A stretch of DNA of 64,000 nt from Octopus sinensis. Lineage: Eukaryota. The DNA is taken from the NCBI RefSeq assembly GCF_006345805.1, contig NC_042999.1:58652001-58716000 (forward strand), read 5' to 3'. Under the pieces are notes generated by a model. It did no database searches. It was not told the DNA's origin and was given only the letters and a program-made list of their open reading frames with translations. Made by a program: the position numbers and the translations under genes. This document shows, piece by piece, positions 39,633 through 53,400 of the stretch (the stretch's first letter is position 1; each line of letters begins with the position of its first letter).

Positions 39633-40019
39633 ACTCTTTTACTTGTTTCAGTCATTTGACTGTAGCCATGCTGGAGCACCGCTTTTAGTCGAGCAAGTCG
39701 ACCCCAGGATTTATTCTTTGTAAGCCTAGAATTTATACTATCCGTCTCTTTTGCCGAACCGCTAAGTTACGGGGACGTAAACACACCAGCATCGGTTGTC
39801 AAGCGATGTTGGGGGACAAACATACACACACACACACACATACATATATACATATATATGACGGGCTTCTTTCAGTTTTCGTCTACCAAATCCACTCACA
39901 AGGCTTTGGTCGGCCCGAGGCTATAGTAGAAGACACATGCCCAAGGTGCCACGCACTTGGACTGAACCCCGAACCATGTGGTTGGTAAGCAAGCTGCTTA
40001 CCACGCAGTCATTCCTACG
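39632..40019 (-). mobile_element. SINE family A, full length (an older degenerate copy lies at about 39310-39560)
   Basis: tactcttttacttgtttcagtcatttgactg..ctgaaccccgaaccatgtggttggtaagc. Confidence 0.9.
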
Positions 40020-40539
40020 ACTATGTATATAATTACATGAAGAAATGCGGGCTAGAGAAATAATAGTCTTAAGATTATAAACCTGGAAAAGTTCAAGACA
40101 AGTTGTTATTACATCTGGTAAAGTACAAAAAAAAAAAATTGTTTTACTTAAAATATTGCAGCTAAGGTTAAAATTTCAAATAAGATATTTAGATTTAGAA
40201 AATATTAGGTTTTATCAAAACTATATATTTTATTACACGTTATTACTTCTATATATTATTACTGGTTACTTCTATTAAATAATAGAACATAACTCAAAAA
40301 ACATTTTTTGCACTTTAAAGAATTCATATATATATATATATATATATACATGCTTCTTAAAGTAGAAGTTCTAAGCTAATGATGTTGACGAATGATTAAA
40401 TCTGCATCCGCTTTTATATTCTTAAAAACATGTATAATAGATTTGAACAGCTGGTTATTAATACTGCTTATTGTTATTATTGAAATGCCGCCGCCTTTAC
40501 GAATATAATATATCTATTCTACTCTATGCACAAGGACCG

Positions 40540-41170
40540 AAATTTTTTGGGAGGTGGCCAGTCGATTAGATTGACTCCAGTATGTAACTAGTACTTGATT
40601 TATCGACCCCGAAAGGATGAAAGGCAAAGTCGACCTCGGCGGAATTTGAACTCAGAACGTCAAGACAGACGAAATATCACTAAGCATTTCGCCTGCATGC
40701 AAACGATCCTGCCAGCTTGTTGCCTTGAACTGGTAATTAATATTGGCTTAAGATTTTGGCACAAGGCCAGTAATTCCGGGTGAGGGATAAGTCGATTAGA
40801 TCTACCTCAGTGCTCAACCGGTGCTTATTTTATCGACCCAGAAAGAACGAAAGGCAAATTTTGCACACGGAGACCGACGAAATGCCGCAAAGCATTTCGC
40901 CCGGCGTGCTTATGGTTCTGTATCTCGCTGCCTTGAACTCGTTACTAATATTACCATACCTTTAAGGTTGCGACTGGCGGAATCGTTAGCAGGCCGGGCA
41001 AAATGCTTAGCGACATTTCGTCCGTCTGTGCAATCTGAGTTCAAAAGACGCTCGGGTCGTCTCTGCCTTTCATCTTTTTTGTGGTCGATAAAATAAGTAC
41101 GTGTTGAACACCGAGGACTCTCTCCCTCCGTCACCCGAATTTGGTAGCCTTGAGCTAAAATTTGAAACCA
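40540..41170. mobile_element. Cluster of three family B SINEs (-, -, +)
   Basis: atcgaccc..gaaaggatgaaaggcaaa core seen twice on minus; the third copy on plus starts at about 40962. Confidence 0.8.
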
Positions 41171-41763
41171 ATAGCGCTATACCTGTACGAAATCATAAAA
41201 TATACACGTATATAAGAATATATGTGTATATTTAAATATGTGGGTACATATATATATATATAATATATACACATGCGTGATGTGTTTGAATATGTGCATT
41301 GTACGTATATATTAACATTCACACATATGTACGAAAATTTTTGCATTATAGTATACAGAAGTCGTAAATGTTACACTCCTAGTTATTTATCTTTTCCAAT
41401 ATCTCCCTGCGTATTCAAGTAGCCCTTTCATCTTTACAAATGTTATGCCATATGTAATATACAGAGGTCAATTAAAAGATTATGCGCCAGTTTCCTCATT
41501 AAATGAGTCATTTGAATAAATATATAGGTATCTATGCATATATGTGTGTGTATGCGTACAAATCTGGGAATAAAAATCAAAAAATGTGTATATATATATA
41601 TATATATATATAGGTACACGTGTGTGTGTATGTGTACGTCTATAGACATTTTTACATATATATAATATATATGTATATACATGTGTTTGTGTGTGTGTGT
41701 GTTTTTGTATCTATACTTGTATAAATGCATATGGTGATTATAATTTTAAGATATACACTTTAC

Positions 41764-41806
<43 letters not shown>

Positions 41807-41814
41807 TACATATA

Positions 41815-41855
<41 letters not shown>

Positions 41856-41907
41856 CATTATATGCATACACTCAAACACACACACACACACACATATATA
41901 AATATGT

Positions 41908-41966
<59 letters not shown>

Positions 41967-42621
41967 TTATATATTTGTTTCGTGTATAGTTTGTAAAATA
42001 TACGTACATTTATACATAAATATATATTTACATGTATAAATATATATTTGCATATATATACCTATATACTTGTGTATATTGAGCAACGCAAGTTTGCATA
42101 TCTAACTATCTATCTATATACATGCGCGCGCTCGCACACCTGTGTATGTATGCTTACATGCACTCGTAATATGTGACACTATTCCCTTGATGAAAGTAGC
42201 AGTGATGTAAAGAAATAAATTTTATTATTCAATTAGTGAGACTCTTATATATAAGTTTATATTATTTCAGCCATTTAAAATATAATCAACATTAGTTCTG
42301 TACTTTCTGATTGTTATTGTATAGACAGCCAAGAATAATTAACTTAAAATTCATACTAATCTAATTCTATGTCCTTTTGAAGTGAAGCCATATTTTCGCT
42401 TCGTAACGTCCACGTAATGGTTTACTATTAAAGCAAGATCTGAGTTACACGATTTATTTATGTATACTTTTCATGCTTCGAGGTTATTTTGTAATTAAGC
42501 AATGCAAGGCAGCTGAAGTGTCACAACAGATATCCTGAAATTTTACAAGCTCGTTGTTAGAGAGAGACGAAATCATCATATTTTGAACATATTCCTTGTT
42601 GATATATATATATATATATGT

Positions 42622-42896
42622 TGAGGCGCAATGTCGCGGTCGTAGGATCGCGGTTTCGATTCCCAAATCGGGCGTTGTGAGTGTTTATTGAGCGAAAACT
42701 CCTAAAGATCCACGAGGCTCCGGCAGGAGGTGGTGGTGTTCCCTGCTGTACTCTTTCGCTACAACCTTCTCTCACTCTTTCTTCTGTTGGCCTGCTCGCT
42801 TAACCAGCGGGGTGGTGTCATTTAAAGGTTAAAACAATGTGACCAGCGATGTGTGGCAACATCTGATAGCCTAGTCGGTCACGGTGTTCACGGTGA
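42622..42896 (+). mobile_element. SINE family C (head C1 with deletion, tail type 1)
   Basis: gaggcgcaatg/tcgcggtcgtaggatcgcggtttcgattccc..tgaccagcgatgtgtggcaacatctgatagcc. Confidence 0.85.
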
Positions 42897-42944
42897 TATA
42901 TATATATATATGCATACATACACATGCATATATGTACATATATA

Positions 42945-43127
42945 CGAGGGGGAGCTAAAAAGTTCTTGGTTTTAAGGTTATCCTGAAAGGCCTTGTAGGA
43001 AGCCGAAATTCCACGTTCTTTTACAGCTCAATATTCTGAGACGAGAATATGTTGAATAAAATTACAGTTAACTGATTCTTCTGTATTTTCTTTAACCCAA
43101 AGTCAGGATCCTTTCAAGAACTCTAGT
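42945..43127. mobile_element. Mariner-like MITE
   Basis: TA-cgagggggagctaaaaagttcttggtttt left end; degenerate complementary right end aaagtcaggatcctttcaagaactct. Confidence 0.55.
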
Positions 43128-43975
43128 TTACATAATTCGGTTAGGCATTGCGATACTAAGAACCCGGTATAGAACTCAAAATACATAGGCTTGTGATCGA
43201 ACCGTTAGTTGAGTACAGAGCAGAAATTACATGATATGACCAAGGAATCGACGGTTCTTATGAAGTTCATTACCTTACAGCTGTTTCAGCAATTAGATGC
43301 AGTGAACTCATAGTTGGGTGTGGCTGAGTAAAACGTTATAGATTTATCGAAGCCTCGAATATGAGGTGCAACTTATCTGGGAAAAGAATTACATTTGTGT
43401 GTGTGTGTGTGTGTGGTGTGTGTGTACAAAAAAGCGTTGGATCTAAGAAAACAAACATGTAGGGGATGAAAACCAAGGGCTCATTTCATAAATAGAATAC
43501 GATTAAGTATAAATGTGCATAAAGATTGATATATACAGAATAAGATAAAGGCTAATTAAATCTTATAGAAAAAATATATGTACACATACATACACAAACG
43601 TGTGTGTGTGTGTGTGCCAACCATTCTAACAGCACGGTGTCTTAAATACACTATATATCAAATGATTTTTAACACTCACCAGGAGGCGCATTTTCTTCTT
43701 GATCTCAATAACGGACTGTGTGCTATGTATGTATGTATGTATGTACGTATGTATGTATGTATGTATGTATGTATGTATGTATGTATGTATGTATGTATGT
43801 ATGTAGAGAGACAGAAAGAAAACTTTCACTCTAAGATTATGTTAGTCATTAATGCTATAAATATAAGATAATAATATCAAAATTGCTAACGGAAACGTAA
43901 TTTAGCTGGAATTGAATACACCATCAATGCCATTACCTATATATTATATATATATATATATATTATATATATTGT

Positions 43976-44312
43976 AAGACCCACTTCAGTTACGACGCAG
44001 ATCATGGGATTGCACCGAGAAAGTTACCCTCCCAGGCACAAGTCCAGGCAAGGTTGTTTATGGAAGGCCAGCAGTCGCCCATGAATACCGGCCTCCCCAC
44101 TCCACGTCACCGATGTTATCCAAGGGAAATGCAAAGGCCGATACAGCTTAGCACCTGTGATGTTGCAACTCATTTCTACAGATGAGTGAACTGGAACAAC
44201 GTGAAATAAAGTGTCTTGCTCAAGAACACAACACGCAGCCCGGTCCAGGATTCTAACTCACAACCTCACGATCGTATGCTCGACGCTCTAACCACTGAGC
44301 CATGGGCCTTCA
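43976..44312 (-). mobile_element. SINE family D, tail type D2
   Basis: Same core as 2470-2772 (ttgagcaagacactttatttcacgttg.tccagt.cac) but an unrelated tail (..ggtgcaatcccatg..gtaactgaagtgggtct). Confidence 0.8.
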
Positions 44313-45059
44313 TACACACACACACACACACAGACACACACACACATATAATATATATATATATATATATACATGCATATACATACATTCATATATGTAT
44401 ATATGTGTATATATGTATATATATATATATCTGTGTGTGTATATACATGCATATACATACATTCATATATATATATATATATGCATATACATACATATAT
44501 ATACATACATATGCATTCATATATACATATACATACATATATATATATATACATATACATACATATATATATACATATACACACACACACACATATATAT
44601 ATATATACATACATATATAATTATATATACATACATACATACACACACACACACATATATATGTATATATATATATATATATTATCAAGCATAGATACAT
44701 AGACATTTAATCCCGTATTTCCTTCATTAATCATCACCAATTAACACTTGCTAAAACTCTGAGTGTCATTGAGCCTAGTATTTTAACTCAAGACATGATT
44801 ACATTCTCAATATCGTATTCTACGTATATTTCAACATTAATTCTCGCTGCTGTCAATATAGAATGTTGATTCGAACCCGAAACAGTCCCAAACAATTTAA
44901 CTATGTCTTGTGCATGCCTGGAAGGCTTTTATTTCATTGTAATTTGTCTCTCTGGGGAATTGCGCAATTTATGCATTGTCAATTTTAATGGCAATACAGA
45001 TTGAATAGATGTCCATCGCGGATATATGTATACAAACGTCAACATATGTATGTAACTAC

Positions 45060-45513
45060 GTATGTATAAATATGCATGTATATGTGTATACGCACGCAGC
45101 CTTACGTATGTATATATACATATATATATGTATATGTGTATATATATATATATGTATATGTGTATATATATGTATATGTGTGTATATATTATATGTATAT
45201 GTTGTTTATATATTATTGTATATGTGTGTATATATATATGTATATGTATATAATATAATGTATATGTGTATATATATATATGTATATGTGTATATATATA
45301 TATAGTATATGTGTAATATATGTATATGTGTAATATATATATGTATATGTGTATATATATATATATGTATATGTGTATATATATATATATGTATATGTGT
45401 ATATATATATATGTATATATATATAATGTTGTGTGTTATATATATATATATGTGTATATATCTATATATATATGTGTATATATATATATGTCTATATATA
45501 TATGTATATGTAG

Positions 45514-45546
<33 letters not shown>

Positions 45547-45740
45547 GTGTATATATGTATATGTGTATATATGTATATGTGTATATATGTATATGTGTAT
45601 ATATATATATGTATATGTATATATGTATATATGTATATATATGTATATGCGTATAGATGTATGTATATGTGTATATATATATATGTATATATATTTATAT
45701 ATGTATATATATATATAATAATACACACATATGTATATGT
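45060..45740. repeat. Long TA/TG-rich microsatellite tract, representative of others at about 5380-5870, 14170-14510, 15400-15900, 32830-33310, 41530-42130, 44310-44690, 58080-58610 and 60630-61190
   Basis: Directly visible; these tracts generate the I/Y/C/V/H/T ORFs. Confidence 0.95.
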
Positions 45741-46216
45741 CTATTATTTATAAGCATAGAGGTAAACACATACATTTACGTGTGTGTGTCTGTCTACATA
45801 TACAGGTGCTCACACATAGATATATATTCAACCATATATATGTATATACACAAATTGACCTCATACACACTCACGCACAATTCAATACAGAAATATTCCC
45901 CAAGGTGTTGGGATTTGGCCAATGCAAGAAATATTCTGGCGATCGGCTCAATTATATAAAAGTATTTCCGAGGAGTTCAATTAGGTAGTTGCAACTTGTA
46001 TGTAACCTGTTTTTATAATGTCTTAGTCGGTATAAATGTTTCCTGTTGTTCTGATTATACAAGGAGAAATGTCATTAGAGAAAGTCAAATGAGATAATAA
46101 ATAGTTTCGACAGAATGCGTGTATAGGTAGCCAAATATCTGTGTAATCCTATAATACACTTATGTGAAAATGATTGTATTTGTGTACGTTTATACAACAC
46201 ACACACACACCACACA

Positions 46217-46267
<51 letters not shown>

Positions 46268-46485
46268 CACACATATATATATATCACCTAGATATTTATT
46301 TATTCAGTATTCCTGTTTAGTACATTCTCACTCATTCTCTGTGTCTCTACATATAAAATTATATGTATTTATCTTTCTATATATATATTTCATATATAAT
46401 GTACTTGTATGTATATACATAGATGTTATCTATCTGTCTATATAACGTAGAGAGAAAGAAGAGAGTGAGAGACGAGAAAATACAC

Positions 46486-46546
<61 letters not shown>

Positions 46547-47233
46547 GGGAGTGAGAGAGTGCGTGTGTATGTAGTTATTTACGATGTATATAGCAATGAA
46601 ATATAGATTCATTATTAGTGTATTCATTCAGAGTCACCAATATCCTTTTAGCAGTAAGGCCATAAACTTTTGTTATCATTAAAGCAACAGACGAATAAAA
46701 ACATTATCATTGTAGTGGCTGGATAAGAAGAGAGAAGGTTCGGTTAAACTAGATATTAACTAAATTATCAGAAAATATCTATCAAATTATATGTTCACAG
46801 AGTATGTTATGTGGTCACATTTTTTCTAATATACACCAATTTAATATTATGTAGTACTTTAATATGATATTCTGGAGGACACCGACCCAGTTTATAGTTT
46901 AAGTCCTATTTTTCGTATTATATGCCGTCTATTTGATTCTAAAATGTGTATATGTTGTCGTTCAGGAAGACGTGTGTAACAGTCTGTAAGTTTAGTTAGC
47001 TCGAGGTGTAACAAATGATTATGTGTGAAGTTCCAGATTAGAGAGGGTTTTATATTAGGTTTTCGAGCACAAAAGAAGTGACTGAGGGCAAAGCAAAACG
47101 CAATGTGAAGGTTAAATGCTAATACGTCCCTATCTTTTAAATTCATGCCGTCATTATTTCGTTTCTACTGGCCATAACTTGACCATTTCTCTGTCGAAAG
47201 CCCTAATACCGTGTGCGTGTATATATATATATG

Positions 47234-47397
47234 AATTAGAGAAAAACCACTATTATATAATTCAAACAATGATAGACATTAACCATATATAGAAAAAATA
47301 AAAAATTAAATATTATAAAACATATTTTATTTTTTCTATATGATATGGTTTATGCCTATCATAGTTTGAATTACATAATAGTGGGTTTTCTCTAATT
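47234..47397. mobile_element. Hairpin MITE (about 55-bp imperfect TIRs)
   Basis: aattagagaaaaaccactattatataattcaaac..gatagacattaaccatat versus atatggtttatgcctatc..gtttgaattacataatagtgggttttctctaatt; flanked by TA repeats. Confidence 0.75.
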
Positions 47398-47482
47398 TAT
47401 ACATATTATATATTTATATTGTAAAATTGATTTTAATACTGAATTGAATTTTTCCCTCTAAGTTCGGAGTTATACCCCTAAT

Positions 47483-47535
<53 letters not shown>

Positions 47536-47943
47536 ATATATATATATATACTATATATATATACAGTCACACACACACATTTTTTCTTGTATACTTACAT
47601 TTAATAATGTCTATATATTATCATTTATCTTATTACTCTGCTTCTGATTCCTTACTTCCAATCTATAGATAGTGTGTATACCTTTCCAGATAAATTCTAT
47701 ATGTTAGTGGTTTGAGTGATCTTTATAGTGACCACCTAATAATTAATTAAGTGAATATGAGGTATTAAGTTGGTTCTACTTAATAGTAATCTTCTTTTAA
47801 TGTTTAAATTGATCTATAAAACCCGTTTAGCTAACTTGGTTTTTCTCTAATTTATATATATTATATATAAATTTGTAGAATTTTAAAACTATATATTTTT
47901 ATTTTATTTTCATACAACATAATAATATTGTTTATAAACGTCC

Positions 47944-48340
47944 AGGAGTGGCTGTGTGGTAAGTAGCTTGCTAACCAACCACATAGTTTCGGGTTCAGTC
48001 CCACTGCGTGGCATCTTGGGCAAGTGTCTTCTGCTATAGCCCCGGGCCAATCAATGCCTTGTGAGTGGATTTGGTAGACGGAAACTGAAAGAAGCCTGTC
48101 ATATATGTATATATATATATGTGTGTGTTTGTGTGTATGTGTTTGTCCCCCTAGCATTGCTTGACAACCGATGCTGGTGTGTTTACGACCCCATCACTTA
48201 GCGGTTCGGCAAAAGACACCGATACAATAAGTACTGGACTTACAAAGAATAAGTCCCGGGGTCGATTTGCTCGACTAAAAGCTGTGCTCCAGCATGGCCG
48301 CAGTCAAATAACTGAAACAAGTAAAAGAGTAAAAAAGAGT
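47944..48340 (+). mobile_element. SINE family A, full length
   Basis: aggagtggctgtgtggtaagtagcttgc..cagcatggccgcagtcaaataactgaaacaagtaaaagagt. Confidence 0.9.
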
Positions 48341-48856
48341 TCTCCCACTGATCCCCTAATGTTTTCCTAGATTTAATTCATAGTTCTTTTTTCTTTAACT
48401 GGTAACACCATGAATTAACGTCACTCCTACCCTTCCTCTTTTATAGACATTTACTGCTATCTAATTGAATCCTTCTAAAGTTTTGTTTCTTTTTTTGTGT
48501 GCTGGGGAGTACCTGTGATACTATGAAATTGATGACCAACAGCCAAATATGAGCTGTCAACCCCCTTTGCTTTTTATTCTAAATATACGCAAATTTCTAG
48601 TCTTGGATTTTTGTTGATGATAAGGAGATAGATAAATTGGAAATAAATTACAACACTATGACGCCCACTGTGTTCCATCGCACTCTAAAATTGTAGTTTT
48701 GTTCTTTTCTTAGATATTCTTGCTACAATAGTGAAAACCTGAAATTCTTCCATTGCTTATTTAAATGGAGCCGCTTGAAACGTTCGTACTGCATTGCTAC
48801 TTGATATTCTGTTACTTATTTTGATTATATATATATATATGTATGTATAAAATGAG

Positions 48857-48952
48857 GAGCACTCCGTCGGTTACGACGACGAGGGTCCCAGCTTGCTCGT
48901 GAAATTAACGTGCAAGTGGCTGAGCACTCCACAGACACGTGTACCCTTAACG
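48857..48952 (-). mobile_element. SINE family D1 tail fragment
   Basis: cactccgtcggttacgacgacgaggg..aattaacgtgcaagtggctgagcactccacagacacgtgtaccc matches 2470-2580. Confidence 0.75.
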
Positions 48953-49569
48953 ACGAGTTTCTTCGAATTTCGTACTGATACATGCATGCATAAATACATA
49001 CATGCATACGTACATACATATACACATAGATACACACACACATTCACACACTCAGTATATATGTATGAAGAGAGAGAGAGAGAGAGGTAGAGTGTATAAC
49101 CAAGAAATATGCAGAAATTATATTAACTGTCTGTGTATTCTCTGGTTATACAGTATAGGCCAAGACACGTGGCACCTCTTGAACCCCTTCGATGCCATCA
49201 CTGTTTCAAAATGTGAAAGTCTGGGATAGGAGTGATAGGTAAAGTGTGAGACAGAAGATGAAAATATTGCTTGAAGGAAGAGGTAATTGCAGGTTTAATT
49301 GCCACAAAATGGCAAGTACTCTGAAAGTGCGGGAGATTATGAGAGTGATCAAATAGAGGCATCAGTATCGAATATTTGGTGAATCATAACTGAAGAATTT
49401 GAGGAATGAGGGAAGAGGACGATTAACTTGACAGATGAAGAGAGTAGGAAAGTGTTTAAGCTCAGAGCACTAACTCACAGTAGATATCTGGTATTACATT
49501 GCATCGCTCATCTCAATTATAAGCGATATCTAATTATTATATTGTCATATATGTATATATGTATGTATA

Positions 49570-49982
49570 TACTAGTTTCAGTCAGTTGGTTGTGGCCATG
49601 CTGGAGTACCATCTTAAAGGTTTTTGTTTTAGTCAAAGAAATCGACCTCAGGACTTATTCTTTGTAAGTTTAGTACTTATTCTTTCGGTCTCTTTGGCCG
49701 AACCGCAAAGTCACGGGGACGTAAACACACCAGCATCGGCTATAAAGCGATGGCGGTGGGGACAAACACAGACACAAAGACACACTCAAGCAAATACACA
49801 CACACACAGATATATATATATATGACGGGATTCTTTTAGTTTCCGTTTAGAAATCCAATCACAAAGCTTTGGCCTGTCTGAGACTATAGTACAAGACACT
49901 TGACCAATGTGCCACGCAGTGGGACTAAACAGGGAAACATGTGGCTGGGAAGCAAACTTTTTATCTCAGTCACACTTGCACC
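49570..49982 (-). mobile_element. SINE family A, older copy
   Basis: Family A tail, core and head in reverse orientation, more diverged. Confidence 0.85.
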
Positions 49983-50307
49983 TATATACATACATATATA
50001 TATATGTATGTGTGTGTGTGTGTGTGTGTATGTGTGCGCGCGTGCGATCTGTGGATACAAGTGAAGGAAAATGAGAAGCTTCAAACAGTGAGTTATAGGT
50101 GCAGGGAGCAAAAAGTGGACGGTATACGATAAGAAACAATAACAATTCTGAGCGACAATGTAGCTTTCATTTATTTGAGGTAATTTCAACCCGATGTTTA
50201 GTTACATTGAGGATAGCTCGTTGCACAACTATTGCATTACGGGTTTCAGCTAGCCAGGAAACATATGTAGTTTGCATTATACCTGTCCCGCTCCCTCAAT
50301 TTGGATA

Positions 50308-50516
50308 TACTCTTTACTCTTTTACTTGTTTCAGTCATTTGACTTCGGCCATGCTGGAGCACCGCCTTTAGTCGAGCAAATCGATCCCGGGACTTATTCG
50401 TTGTAAGCCCTGTACTTATTCTATCGGTCTCTTTTGCCAAACCGCTAGGTGACGAGGACGTAAGCACACCAGCATCGGTTGTCAAGCAATGCTAGGGGAA
50501 CAAACACGGACACACA

Positions 50517-50571
<55 letters not shown>

Positions 50572-50750
50572 GTATATATATATATATATATATATACGAC
50601 AGGCTTCTTTCAGTTTCCGTCTACCAAATCCACTCACAAGGCATTGGTCGGCCCGGGGCTATAGCAGAAGACACTTGCCCAAGATACCACGCAGTGGGAC
50701 TGAACCCGGAACCATGTGGTTGGTTAGCAAGCTACTTACCACACAGCCAC
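50308..50750 (-). mobile_element. SINE family A, near full length
   Basis: Family A in reverse orientation with an expanded internal (CA)n(TA)n. Confidence 0.9.
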
Positions 50751-50800
50751 CAAGTAGTTCGGTATGTTAAAAGAACCATTATCGGTAAACTTATACAAAA

Positions 50801-51199
50801 AAATTTATAATTATGAGTATAATTATAACTAGGGTTCAGCAAAAATTTGCTTCTCCACGTACCGAAATTTAGAAATAGCAGTTAAAAAACTACTATTTCA
50901 CTACCATAAGAAAATCTCCCAGACAGCAATACCCAACAACTCACGCAGGTAAAGAGAAAAAAATAACGAATCCACCCGGCTTTGATGAGTGGAGAAGCAA
51001 ATTTTTGCTGAACTCACGCAGGTAAAGAGAGAAAAATAACGAATCCACCCGGCTTTGATGAGCTGTTGGGTATTGCTGTGTGGGAGATTTTTTTTATGGT
51101 AGTGAAATAGTTGTTTTTTAACTGCTATTTCTAAATTTCGGTATGTGGAGAAGCAAACTTTTGCTGAACACTAGTTATAATTATACTCATAATTATAGA

Positions 51200-51203
<4 letters not shown>
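50801..51203. mobile_element. Foldback/MITE-like element with about 143-bp inverted arms and an internal direct repeat
   Basis: Arms at about 50801-50943 and 51059-51203; a 52-bp direct repeat at 50938-50989 and 51011-51062. Confidence 0.85.
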
Positions 51204-51249
<46 letters not shown>

Positions 51250-52191
51250 GCATATATGCATGTATGTATGAGTGTTTAAGTTTATGTGCCTATATCTATC
51301 TACATACACAAATACACCTTTTCGTACAATATTTGATGGTCTTGGACGCATCGCCATTAATGTTATTAGTGATTATCAGTGGTTTCCTCTCTTTTACAGA
51401 ATCACACACCCATTTTGTATATTATCTCGAGGGCCTATCAAGTTTCTTCCTGCTTGAATATATTTGATGTACAGTTTGGGGTGTTAATATTGATTAGCTG
51501 ATTTTCATGTATGATAATTAAAAATAATATAACGATGTTGTGCCGGAAATTGTTTATGTAGAAGGGGCAGGAATTTCCTAAGTATATTGATTTCAACGTT
51601 GAAGAGTAAAAAGTCTTGGACTGTTTTTGCAGTAATTTGCTTTGGGTGAGCTATATAGTTGGGAGTTGGTTTGTAAAAATGTCCTTAAAGAATATTGGGT
51701 GGAGATACTATTGGAAATGAGTTTTCGGAAAATTCAGCATGACTAATCAACTGTAAATATAAGGCTGACTATTTTGTGAAACAGAATGTATGCAGTTTTT
51801 ATAAAACCGAAACTTGATAAAAACAAAATGTCAAACAATACTTAGAAGGAGTAAAACAAAAGAAAAAGAACAGCTAATAAAAAGATTGAAACGTAAACAC
51901 GTGTCCAACAAACGATAAGGATGAGAAATATAAGCCAATCAGATATATAGAAGGCGAAGCAAGTTCAATAAAAAGACTTAAACAAAAGAACCAGTCCATT
52001 GCGATCGATGTAAAAGAAATAAATTACACGGACTTATTACCCCAAGTGGCATGGAAATCAAATTTCAGTAAAGAAATCCATTTGAAATAAAAGAATATTC
52101 TCCTTAAGATGTGTTGAGTATTCTCTGCCAAATGTGTTAGAAAAAGATCACCACTTAGATATATCATTAAGTGTGAGTGTAGGCGCACACA

Positions 52192-52282
<91 letters not shown>

Positions 52283-53079
52283 CCCACATACACCTCGCAT
52301 CACATTATAATGATTATGGTTCAATCCCACATCACGTAACTTTGCTTAAGTTCCGTTTATTGTACCCCCAGTTCGTCTATAGCTGTGTGAATTAAATTTA
52401 ATAGACCAAACTGTCTTCAAAAGCAAGTTATGATAGGATAAAATAAATAACGTCTAAGTTTCCTTTGAAGCATATCTATACAGTCAATCTCTTTAGAGAA
52501 ATTAATTTCACCAAAGCATAAAGATCACAAATCTATAGAAATCATGGCTTTCCCCAAGAGAGCTTTAAAACGTTAAACAGAACCTGTGTGTGAATATAAT
52601 TGTGAGTTATGTCAAGGTTTGAACGAAATTAGTTTCTCTGTAAAATTCACTTCTTGTCAATAATCTGTTTCTTCTGTGCATACACACATGCGTACACATA
52701 CATACATACATACATACACATACATACATACATACATACATACATACATACATACATACAACCTAAACCATCGCAAGAACTGTAAAACTTTCCAGACGTT
52801 TACCATTTAAATATATTTGCGTATGTCTAGACATACAAATATATGCCTCAAAATACATACATAAAACAAAACATACAAATCTGCTCATGCACGGACGACT
52901 TAAATTCCGCACACATGCATACATACATGCAAAAAATACCCTTTGATAATAAAATTCCAATTAAGAATCCTTCGACCTACGTTGGAAGTCGGCTCTTTCT
53001 CTGTTGGCAAGAAATGTTGAAATAAAACTGAATAATGACATTAGGGGTGACATGTGAAACTATTAATCCATAGCTATTC

Positions 53080-53245
53080 CCCCCTCTCCATGTTTTCTCT
53101 CTCTCTGTTTTCTTTCCTCATTTATTTTCTGTCGAAGAGCGTAGGCTCGAAATGTTAAAACTTTTCCACGTTCCTGAGTGTCAAACAAATACATCTTGTT
53201 TGTTGATCTATCACCTGTCTCAGTCTTTTGCGTTTTGTATATGTG
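53080..53245 (+). mobile_element. Penelope-like terminal repeat with degenerate hammerhead-like motif
   Basis: ttttctgtcga-a-gagc-gtag-gctc-gaaa-tgtt-aaaa at 53125-53160. Confidence 0.45.
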
Positions 53246-53282
53246 TACCATATACATACATACATACATATATATATTCGCT

Positions 53283-53400
53283 TGAACTATGTAATAAACT
53301 GAACTATGTAATAAACTGAACTATGTAATAAACTGCATTGTAAACATGAACTATGTAATAAACTGCATTGTAAACTATGTAATAAACTGCATTGTAAACA
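53283..53400. repeat. Short minisatellite (17-bp gaactatgtaataaact core with gcattgtaaac variant)
   Basis: Directly visible head-to-tail units with no spacers. Confidence 0.9.

Noticed and set aside
49170-49480. Possible old CR1/L2 3' fragment on the minus strand
   Set aside because: No motif could be read confidently.
53283-53400. CRISPR-like array
   Set aside because: Repeats are head-to-tail without unique spacers, there are no cas genes, and the context is eukaryotic.
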